DNA of 14,662 bases from Deinococcaceae bacterium (GCA_040256005.1 JBDZWC010000075.1:1-14662), one strand, 5' to 3'; shown: positions 6,418-14,661, counted from the first letter of the stretch. The notes: generated from the sequence alone by a model not told the origin. A program made the numbers and translations.

Positions 6418-8982
6418 GTGCTGCCGCTCCCTGGCCTCATGGCCATGCCCACCGTCCTGATGAACGCGGGCCTTAGTCTGGTGCGCGAGGGCGGAACCGT
6501 CGCCGTGGGACCCGACAGGTTGGGGGCGTTCGTCCCCATGTTCGACGAAGAGGCCGGTGCCGAGAAGACCATCCGGTCCCTCCTCGGTCAGACAGAGCCT
6601 CTCGACGAGCTCGTCATCAGCATCAACGGCGGCAGCGACGGCACCCCCGAGGTCGTCGAGCGCACCCTTGCCGCGCTGGGCTACCAGGCCCGCGCCCACG
6701 GCTCCAGCCCCGACGGTGACCTCACCCACTGGCACAGGGCCGGTGACGTCACCTCAGTGGTCGTCGTCAGGTACCTCGCGCCAACCTCCAAGGCCAGGAG
6801 CCTGAACCTGGCGGTGGAGAGCGGCGCGTTGACCGCCGAGCGTGTCCTCGTGGTCGACGGCGACACCGTGCTGTCTGCCGGCTTCGCCGCCGCCATGAGG
6901 CGGTCGTTCTACCGCCTCTCGTATCGGCGCCTCGCGGGCGGGGCTCACGGCTACGTCCTCGAGGACGCGGCACTGCTGTCAGGTGCCGTCAGGTCGCTGC
7001 CCGGCTCCTCGGTCCAGTCCCGTGTGATCTCGGCCGCGCGCGACGCCGAGTACTCGTTCTCTACCGTCGTGCGCAGCGGCCAGTGCGCGCGGCTGGGTCG
7101 CAGCGGAGTGTTCGGGCGCTCGCGCTTGTACACGGTCGTAGGTTGCGGGTTCGTCGCCAGGCGGGACGTCCTGCCCATGCCGGACGACACGCTCACCGAG
7201 GACCACGACCTGACGCTCGCCGCTCAGGACGTCGGCGAGCAAGACGAGGTCACGTCCGCTGCCGAGCTCGACGAGGGCGGCTACGGGCTACTCGTGGGTG
7301 GCCGCGTCAGGCCTGTCTCGGCCCTGCTCGGGCCCGGCACTGCGGTGATCGTGAGGCGAGGCAGCACGGCGCGCTTCGTGAGCGGCGCGGTCATGCATAC
7401 CGAGGACCCCCCACGCCTGGGCGGCCTGCTGAGGCAGGTGGAGCGGTGGAACGGCGGCGCCATCGAGAACGCGCTGAAACGGATCGGGCCCACGGTGGGA
7501 GGCCGGCTGCGCTCCAACGTGGCGTTCACGGTCGCCTCCGCCCAGGTGGAGAACGCGATCGGCCTGTTCCTCGCGCTGCTGCTGCCCGCCATGCTGGGAC
7601 TGCGGCACGCCTTGCCCCAAGCGCAGGTACCTGCGGCGATGCTGATCGGCTGGATAGGCATAGACCTCTTGGCCAGCCTGCTCATCGTCGTCGCCGGCGC
7701 CAGGCGGTTGGGCGACACGTGGGGTAGGGCGGCCCTGGTCGCGTTCCGCGGCGTGGTTCCACTGCTGGCCCTGCGGTCGCTGGGCGCGCTCGCTTACGTG
7801 ACAGCCGCTACCCGGGTGGTGCCGGCGTACCTCGGCGCCGGGCTGAAGAGACGGTCGGGCGAGATGCTCGGCTACGTGCAGCGAACCTGGTCGCGGCCAC
7901 GGGCGCATGTGGCGCCCCAGGCCCATCTGCGCACGGCCGGCGTCGCCGCCAGCGTCCTGCTGTTCAGCCTGAGCCTGTTCTTCGCGGTGGCGCACGTCGC
8001 GCGCGCCTACGCGAGCACTCACGACACCTGGCGCTACGTCTACGGCTCTCCGCGGTTGGACCAGTCGGACTTCGAGCTCTTGCCGGTCTACGACGACCGG
8101 AGCATGCCGACGCTGTTGGCGGATCCCGTCGAGTACGTCGCGCCAGCGACCGAGTGGGTCTCCCCGTACTGCCCGCCACCGGCGGTGGCCTCATGGTCGC
8201 CGTCCCTGTCGGACACTACAGACCACGCGCTCGCCTCCGCGAAGACGTACGAACCGCTGAGCCCGTGGGGCATCCTGATGCTGGCCCGGCTGACGCCCTT
8301 GCTGGCGCACCTCGAAGAGGCCGCGCTGGCGTACGGGCTGAACGCGAACTTCCTGCTGCAGGTCGTGCTCAACGAGTCGTACCTGGATCCGCTGGCTCGA
8401 GGCCCTACCAACGACATCGGGCTCGCCCAGTTGACGTCCGATGCGCTAACCCTCATAGCCGCCGTGTCGGCAGAGGAGGGCAACTCCCTGCGCAACGAGT
8501 CGTTGTTCGCCCGCACGGTGAGCGCGTTCGACCCGGCGTTCTCGCTCTGCGCCGGCGCGGCGAAGCTCGCCTGGGCCGTGTCGCAGCCGGGCGGAGATGA
8601 CCCAGAGGTCGCCTACGCGCGGTACATCAACCCGTTCGACGGCGTACGGGACGGGGCGGTGGCACCTACGCACGCCGAGCCGGTCGCCGCCATGACGCAG
8701 CTGGGCGCGCTCGTGCAGCTACTCGGGGCAGTCGTCGAGACGTACCGAGAGGACCCTGCCCTGGTCAGCCCTCAGGAACGCGAGCTGCTGGACGTCGCGG
8801 CGGCGGTAGCCGATCGGCGTCTTAGCGTTCCCGAAGCCTATAGACGGGTCTCGAACCTGGTGGCCGCGTTCGACATCGACGACCGACAGTTCTACCGGAC
8901 CGTGCTCGAGGACCTCTACGGTCCGAACGAGCCGGGTCCGGACGTCACTGGTCAGCTCGCAAGCGCGCCACGGTCCCGCTGA
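6418..8982 (+). CDS. Processive GT2 glycosyltransferase (polysaccharide synthase-like) fused to a C-terminal lytic transglycosylase (SLT/GH23-like) domain
   Basis: GT2 motifs: VPMFDEE, INGGSDGT, SKARSLN, VVDGDT (DxD, 6856), TLTEDHDLT (7195), RQVERW (QxxRW, 7435), followed by membrane helices. SLT-like motifs: AALAYGLNANFLLQVVLNESYLDPLARG (Glu at 8374), DIGLAQL (8419), FDPAFSLCAGAAKL, AYARY. Start is uncertain: the ORF opens at 6325, and GTG 6418 or ATG 6439 are more likely. Confidence 0.85.
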   Translation: MLPLPGLMAMPTVLMNAGLSLVREGGTVAVGPDRLGAFVPMFDEEAGAEKTIRSLLGQTEPLDELVISINGGSDGTPEVVERTLAALGYQARAHGSSPDGDLTHWHRAGDVTSVVVVRYLAPTSKARSLNLAVESGALTAERVLVVDGDTVLSAGFAAAMRRSFYRLSYRRLAGGAHGYVLEDAALLSGAVRSLPGSSVQSRVISAARDAEYSFSTVVRSGQCARLGRSGVFGRSRLYTVVGCGFVARRDVLPMPDDTLTEDHDLTLAAQDVGEQDEVTSAAELDEGGYGLLVGGRVRPVSALLGPGTAVIVRRGSTARFVSGAVMHTEDPPRLGGLLRQVERWNGGAIENALKRIGPTVGGRLRSNVAFTVASAQVENAIGLFLALLLPAMLGLRHALPQAQVPAAMLIGWIGIDLLASLLIVVAGARRLGDTWGRAALVAFRGVVPLLALRSLGALAYVTAATRVVPAYLGAGLKRRSGEMLGYVQRTWSRPRAHVAPQAHLRTAGVAASVLLFSLSLFFAVAHVARAYASTHDTWRYVYGSPRLDQSDFELLPVYDDRSMPTLLADPVEYVAPATEWVSPYCPPPAVASWSPSLSDTTDHALASAKTYEPLSPWGILMLARLTPLLAHLEEAALAYGLNANFLLQVVLNESYLDPLARGPTNDIGLAQLTSDALTLIAAVSAEEGNSLRNESLFARTVSAFDPAFSLCAGAAKLAWAVSQPGGDDPEVAYARYINPFDGVRDGAVAPTHAEPVAAMTQLGALVQLLGAVVETYREDPALVSPQERELLDVAAAVADRRLSVPEAYRRVSNLVAAFDIDDRQFYRTVLEDLYGPNEPGPDVTGQLASAPRSR

Positions 8983-10117
8983 TCGAGACGACGAGGACCT
9001 CCCCGCTCGGACCCAGGGCGATCTGAGTGATGGGTAGGTCAGTGTCCAGCAGCTCGGTCGCCTGCCCCGATGCCAGGTCGAGGGCCCAGATCCGACCGAC
9101 CACGAAGTCACCGAACAGGTAGGTGCCGGCCGCGGAGGAGCCCGCGAGGACCACTCCGCCCACCACCGCCTGACCGCCGGTCTGGTCCAGCGCCAGGTGA
9201 CCGTACGCGTACACCGGGGGCACGAAGGGCAAGCTTTCGCAGTCGTCGTTCACGAGCCCGGGAGCGTCGGGCAGATGCTGGCACTCGAAGCCCTCGCGGC
9301 GAGGCCACCCGTGGTCGCCGCCCCTCGCTACGACGTTGACCTCTTCCCAGCGGTCGTTGCCAACGTCGACGAGCACCACCTCGCCGGTCACTGGGTGGAA
9401 CGTGAACTTCCAGGGGTTCCGGAAGCCGTACGCGTAGATCTCGGGCCTGACACCATCGACGCCGACGAACGGGTTGTCCGCCGGGATCGCGTAGGCTTCG
9501 CCCTCGGCGCTCACGCTCAGGTCGAGGCGCAACAGCTTGCCCCTCACCGTCGAGAGGTCCTGGGACGAGAACGGGAGTCGATGCAGGTAGACGTTGGAGC
9601 TCTCGCCGTTCCCGACGCTCACCCACAGCATCCCGTCGGGCCCGAACTCCACGTGGCCGCCGTAGTGGAAGGGCTCTGGCATGGGCACTCGCAGCAACAC
9701 GTCCTCGCGGGCCGCCGCGGCCGTCACGGTCTGGTCGTCGAACGGGAACGCCGACACGATGAGGTCGCCGGTGTCGCGCTCCGCGAACGCCCCCACCAAC
9801 CACCTGGGCCTGCCCGCCGCCGCTGCAGCGTCCGCCGGCTCGAGCGCCACGCCGTAGAAGCCCTGTTCGCCCTGCAACGCCGTGACCCGCGCGCTCAGGT
9901 CGAGGACCAGTCTAGCCCTCACGCCCCCGTCGCGAAGCAGGTACACCTGGCCGTTCAGCGACGACAGGAGCATCGAGCCGTCGTCCAGGGGCAGCAGCGC
10001 GACCGGCTTGTCGAGGCCGTCGTAGAGCGTCTCCAGGCGGTAGGTAGTCTGGGCGAGGGCGCTGGGGGCCAGCAGGGCGAGGGGTAGGAGGAGGCGCGTG
10101 AGTGCGTTGGTGAGCAT
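8945..10117 (-). CDS. Secreted PQQ-dependent sugar dehydrogenase (glucose/sorbosone dehydrogenase, six-blade beta-propeller family)
   Basis: Signal peptide ending in ALA-Q; HYGGHVEFGPDGMLWVSVG, RGKLLRLD, YAIPADNPF, EIYAYGFRNPWKFTF, DVG...WEEVN, GGDHGWP. Start is ATG 10117 or TTG 10123. Confidence 0.88.
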   Translation of the reverse strand: MLTNALTRLLLPLALLAPSALAQTTYRLETLYDGLDKPVALLPLDDGSMLLSSLNGQVYLLRDGGVRARLVLDLSARVTALQGEQGFYGVALEPADAAAAAGRPRWLVGAFAERDTGDLIVSAFPFDDQTVTAAAAREDVLLRVPMPEPFHYGGHVEFGPDGMLWVSVGNGESSNVYLHRLPFSSQDLSTVRGKLLRLDLSVSAEGEAYAIPADNPFVGVDGVRPEIYAYGFRNPWKFTFHPVTGEVVLVDVGNDRWEEVNVVARGGDHGWPRREGFECQHLPDAPGLVNDDCESLPFVPPVYAYGHLALDQTGGQAVVGGVVLAGSSAAGTYLFGDFVVGRIWALDLASGQATELLDTDLPITQIALGPSGEVLVVSISGTVARLRADQ

Positions 10118-10185
10118 GCTCAATGCGCGGCCAGCATATGCCTAGCAGCCTGGTGGCGAACGCGACTGCTGTTGGAGCGAGACCG

Positions 10186-11205
10186 CTACTGGGAGGCCAA
10201 CTCGGCCCGCAGCAAGCCCTCGCGGAACGCGTCGGCCACGACGGGATCGGCCACCATCCTCCAGTCCGCCTCCTTGTGCTCGTCGAACCAGACGATGGCC
10301 TGTAGCCTCGCGAAGGACGTGCTGTTCAACATGGCCTCGACCCAGGCGGCCTTGTCGCCCCCCTCGGGCGAGCTGGAGAGCTCCGCGAACCATACGGGTT
10401 GGTCGCCGAGTCTGGTGATGCGGTCGTAGCCCGAGGCGAACACGCTCTCGAACGGGCGCCAGGCGGTCCACGGCCGCGTCGTGCCCCAGTTGTAGCCGTC
10501 CAGAGCGAGCACGTCGACGACGTCGTCGCCCGGGTAGTAGAGCTCCATGCGGTTGGACTCCGTGCTGGGCGAGTCCGTGACGTTCGGGCTGAACACCCAC
10601 ATGACGTTGTCGGCGCCTTCGAAGTCGAAGATCGCCACGATCCTCCGCCAGGCCCGGCGGAACGTAGCGGGGTCGCCGTTCCATGGCACCCAGTCTCCGT
10701 TCATCTCGGGGAACGGCCTGACGTAGACCGGCACGCCCGTGCCCTTGAGGTCAACGGCCCAGCGCCTGATGTAGTCGTCCCAGTAGCCGTCGGCGATGTC
10801 ACGGACCGGCACCGTATGGGGCTGCCAGCTGATCATGGCTCGCCGTCCCGCGCTCGCGACGGCCGTGATCATCTCGGGATACGCCTCGTTGCGCCAGTTG
10901 GTGAACCAATGGACGATGTCGAGCCTCTGTCCCAGCGAAGCCTCCAGGTCGAGGACGGGCTCCAACCCCTGCCATACGCCCCCGTAGGTGAACGCGCCCA
11001 GCTTCACGCGCTGGGCTAGAGGCAGGCCAGCGTCGTCGATGACGGGAACGGTGGAGGCGTCGCCCGGGGTGAGGGACCCCGGCTCGGCACAGGCGGTGCC
11101 CAGAAACGACAGGCACATCATCGCTAGTAAAGCAACGACGGGCGATCGCCGGAAACGCTTGGCAGGGAGATGGAAAGTTAACGAACTCAACCGGCGATCG
11201 CCCAT
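10186..11205 (-). CDS. Exported glycoside hydrolase family 26 (beta-mannanase/beta-glucanase-like), possible lipoprotein
   Basis: MISWQP, IADGYWDDYIRRWA, RPFPEMNGDWVPW (acid/base Glu), WVFSPN, YYPGDDVVDVLALDGYN, WFAEL (nucleophile Glu), IVWFD. N-terminus has a basic stretch, a hydrophobic stretch and LGTAC. Start is 11205 or 11190. Confidence 0.9.
   Translation of the reverse strand: MGDRRLSSLTFHLPAKRFRRSPVVALLAMMCLSFLGTACAEPGSLTPGDASTVPVIDDAGLPLAQRVKLGAFTYGGVWQGLEPVLDLEASLGQRLDIVHWFTNWRNEAYPEMITAVASAGRRAMISWQPHTVPVRDIADGYWDDYIRRWAVDLKGTGVPVYVRPFPEMNGDWVPWNGDPATFRRAWRRIVAIFDFEGADNVMWVFSPNVTDSPSTESNRMELYYPGDDVVDVLALDGYNWGTTRPWTAWRPFESVFASGYDRITRLGDQPVWFAELSSSPEGGDKAAWVEAMLNSTSFARLQAIVWFDEHKEADWRMVADPVVADAFREGLLRAELASQ
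11140..11203. repeat. 13-bp perfect inverted repeat at the start of the GH26 gene
   Basis: GGGCGATCGCCGG (11140-11152) and CCGGCGATCGCCC (11191-11203), 38 nt apart. Each arm contains the palindrome GGCGATCGCC. Confidence 0.7.
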
Positions 11206-11277
11206 CCGGGCGCTCGACCGTGACTAGTTGCGCGTGGGGCGCGACACCGGCGGATGAAGCCGGATCGCGACAGCGTA

Positions 11278-11349
11278 CTTGGCCGGTTGCGCTACTGGCT
11301 CCACCTGTCCCAAGCGCCCAGATGCAGGACAGGCTTCACAGCCTCCAAG
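11278..11349 (-). ncRNA. Cyclic di-GMP-II riboswitch aptamer
   Basis: Minus strand CUUGG-A-GGCU-GUGAAG-CCUGUCC-UGCAUCUGG-GCGC-UUG-GGACAGG-UGG-AGCC-AGUA-GCGC-AACCGG-CCAAG. P1 CUUGG/CCAAG, P2 GGCU/AGCC, kink-turn GA/GA elements, P3 CCUGUCC/GGACAGG, pseudoknot GCGC(11314-11317)/GCGC(11289-11292). The 3' AGUAGyGCAACCG string matches the class II consensus as recalled (clostridial ...GGGCACUU...GAGUUAGUAGUGCAACCGACC). Confidence 0.9.
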
Positions 11350-11352
11350 GGG

Positions 11353-11383
11353 TGCGAGGCGTTGCCTCGCAAGACAGATGTTA
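11353..11383 (-). promoter_or_regulatory. Putative -10 box (TAACAT) and 5'-terminal hairpin of the riboswitch leader
   Basis: TAACAT at 11378-11383; 6 nt downstream begins the 8-bp hairpin TGCGAGGC-AAC-GCCTCGCA (11371-11353), directly before aptamer P1. Confidence 0.5.
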
Positions 11384-11392
11384 GCCGAGTAG

Positions 11393-12781
<1,389 letters not shown>

Positions 12782-12807
12782 GTGAGTGAGACCTTCTGCT
12801 TGCCTAT

Positions 12808-12897
12808 AGGTTCCTTCTCGCTCCGCTCGGGGTCCCTGGCCCTGTCGCTAGGCTGAGTCTGAAGGTTCCTTCTCGCTCCGCTCGGGGTCCCTGGCCC
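12808..12897. repeat. Two exact 35-bp direct repeats in the convergent intergenic region after tgt
   Basis: AGGTTCCTTCTCGCTCCGCTCGGGGTCCCTGGCCC at 12808-12842 and 12863-12897, separated by 20 nt. Confidence 0.9.
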
Positions 12898-12914
12898 GCC
12901 AGGGCCAGGGACCC
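12885..12914. terminator. Strong hairpin between convergent genes (possible bidirectional terminator or REP-like element)
   Basis: GGGTCCCTGGCCC-GCCA-GGGCCAGGGACCC, a 13-bp perfect stem 6 nt past the stop of the minus-strand gene. No clear U-tract. Confidence 0.55.
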
Positions 12915-12920
12915 GGAAGC

Positions 12921-13529
12921 TCAGAAGCTCTTCTCGATCAGGTCGATCACGGTGCCGTCCTGCGTCTGGAACCGGACGATGCCCACCGTCGGCACGAAGT
13001 AGATGTCCAGGACGGTCTGCCCACCGTTGCTGGTGAGGGTCGTCTGGCGGATCTGCACCGCGTTGAAGCGCCCAGCCGGCGTGGCCACGCCCCGCAGGCC
13101 GAGGACCTCGGCCGACAGCGTCAGGTCGAAACCCGCCAGGGACGTGGTACCGGTCCAGGACATCCCCGGTTGGAGCGGTGCAGCAGGGTAGACCACGAGG
13201 GCGGGCTGGTACTGGTAGATCTGACCGCCGGCGGCGGAGCCGTGGCTGAAGACGCCGCCGTCGGTGTACTCGAGGTAGTCCTCGGAGACCGGCAGGCCCT
13301 CGAAGTAGTGGGTGAGCACCATGAGCTGGCGCCCATCCAGCTCGCGCGGCCCGGACAACGTCTGGGTCTCGCCCGACGAGTAGGTCCAGCTCATGCCGGG
13401 GTCCGAAGGGTAGTAGTCCTGGGCCGCCGCGACTGCCGCCAGCCACACGGCGAGCGCCACCACGACGTGCCGCAGGTGAACGCGTGACGACCGGGGGACG
13501 CGACGGGACCCCGCTTCGGCGAACCTCAT
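12921..13529 (-). CDS. Secreted hypothetical beta-rich protein (DUF3108/TapB-like motifs)
   Basis: Signal peptide ...LAAVAAA-Q, then YYP...GMSWTY, LVVYPAAPLQPGMSW, VATPAGRFNA, YFVPTVGIVR. ATGA overlap with the proC stop (13526-13529). Confidence 0.78.
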   Translation of the reverse strand: MRFAEAGSRRVPRSSRVHLRHVVVALAVWLAAVAAAQDYYPSDPGMSWTYSSGETQTLSGPRELDGRQLMVLTHYFEGLPVSEDYLEYTDGGVFSHGSAAGGQIYQYQPALVVYPAAPLQPGMSWTGTTSLAGFDLTLSAEVLGLRGVATPAGRFNAVQIRQTTLTSNGGQTVLDIYFVPTVGIVRFQTQDGTVIDLIEKSF

Positions 13530-14338
13530 GACTCCTCCTGGCTGAGCTCGCCGGCGCGCTTGGTCGCTTCCTCGACAGCGTCGATCAGCGCGAAGCGCAG
13601 CCGGTGCCGCTCCAGCGTCCGCACGCCCGCGATGGCGGTGCCGCCGGCGGACGAGACCTCGTCCTTCAACTCGCTCGGATGCCTGGTCTCGAGGAGCCGG
13701 GCTGCCGCCAGCAGCACCTGCCTGGCCAGATCACGCGCCAAGGGCCTATCGAGACCCACGCGTACTCCGCCGTCCGCGAGCGCCTCCGCGACGAGGGCGA
13801 CGTACGCTGGCCCCGAGCCGGCCATGCCGGTGAAAGCGTCGAACTGCTCCTCCCGGACGTCGTAGACGCTGCCGACGGCACCGAAGAGGCTTCGGGCCAT
13901 GGCCACGTCCTCGGGCGTGGCTTCGGGGAGCGCTGCCAGAGCGGTCGCGCTGACGCCCAGCGCGGCCCCGAGGTTGGGCATCGCCCTGATCACCCGCCGG
14001 CTGCCCACTCGCTCCGCGATATGGCGGGCGGGTACACCTGCCATGAGCGAGACGAAACTGGCGTCACGGCGCGCGACGACGGGTGCAACGCGCTTGAACG
14101 ACTGCGGCTTGACGGCCAGGAGCACCCGGGCCGCCCGCGACAGGCCCGAGTCCGTGACGTGCTGGACGCCGAAGCGCTCGGATAGCTCGCTGCCGCGCCG
14201 TTCGTTCGGGTGGTAGATCGCCACCTCGTCCGCAGACAGGACGCCGGCCGCCACCGCTCCCTGGAGGACCGCCCCGCCCATGCGCCCAGCGCCCACGATG
14301 ACCAGCTTGAGATCGCTGGCGCTACTTTCGTCGGTCAC
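13526..14338 (-). CDS. proC: Pyrroline-5-carboxylate reductase
   Basis: IVGAGRMGGA (Rossmann), LAVKPQ, SLMAGV, IRAMPN, AGSGPAYV, VSSAGGTAIAG. Start set at GTG 14338 (GTGA overlap with the upstream stop, TAGAAT 7 nt upstream); the ORF track gives ATG 14347. Confidence 0.95.
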   Translation of the reverse strand: MTDESSASDLKLVIVGAGRMGGAVLQGAVAAGVLSADEVAIYHPNERRGSELSERFGVQHVTDSGLSRAARVLLAVKPQSFKRVAPVVARRDASFVSLMAGVPARHIAERVGSRRVIRAMPNLGAALGVSATALAALPEATPEDVAMARSLFGAVGSVYDVREEQFDAFTGMAGSGPAYVALVAEALADGGVRVGLDRPLARDLARQVLLAAARLLETRHPSELKDEVSSAGGTAIAGVRTLERHRLRFALIDAVEEATKRAGELSQEES

Positions 14339-14661
14339 GGCGGCCATTCTACGGGCGGGTTCGTGTTCCGCCTTAGCAGATAGCCCACAAGCCAGGCGCC
14401 CACCGTGGCGCCTACCGCGTCCGCCAGCAGGTCAGCCAGGTCGGCGGTGCGGCCGGGGACGAACAGCTGGTGCACCTCGTCGCTCACCCCGTAGGCGACA
14501 GCGGCCAAAGCCGACACGACGGGTCTGCCCGTGGCCAACGTCAACAGGCCCGCCAGCACCAGGAACGCGCCGCCGTGAAGCACCTTGTCAGCGCCGTCGG
14601 GAAGGAAACCGAACACGCCCCCGGCGTCCGGCGTGCTCGAGAGCCAGAAGATCAGCGCGCA
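14335..14661 (-). CDS. VanZ-family membrane protein, 5'-truncated by the window end
   Basis: Frame is open to the window edge: CALIFWLSSTP...DKVLHGGAF...YGVSDEVHQLFVPGRTADLADLLADAVG, typical VanZ-like motifs. Confidence 0.9.
   Translation of the reverse strand, partial: CALIFWLSSTPDAGGVFGFLPDGADKVLHGGAFLVLAGLLTLATGRPVVSALAAVAYGVSDEVHQLFVPGRTADLADLLADAVGATVGAWLVGYLLRRNTNPPVEWPP
14346..14351 (-). promoter_or_regulatory. Putative internal -10 box (TAGAAT) for proC
   Basis: Near-consensus TAGAAT 7 nt before GTG 14338, inside the end of the VanZ-family gene. Confidence 0.5.

Noticed and set aside
11142..11201. GCGATCGC octamers as cyanobacterial HIP1 sites
   Set aside because: I noticed only these two local copies, both part of one inverted repeat, with no window-wide enrichment and no other cyanobacterial features.
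12808..12897. Possible mini-CRISPR array (35-bp repeats)
   Set aside because: Only two repeats, a 20-nt spacer that is too short, no cas genes, and no typical repeat terminus.
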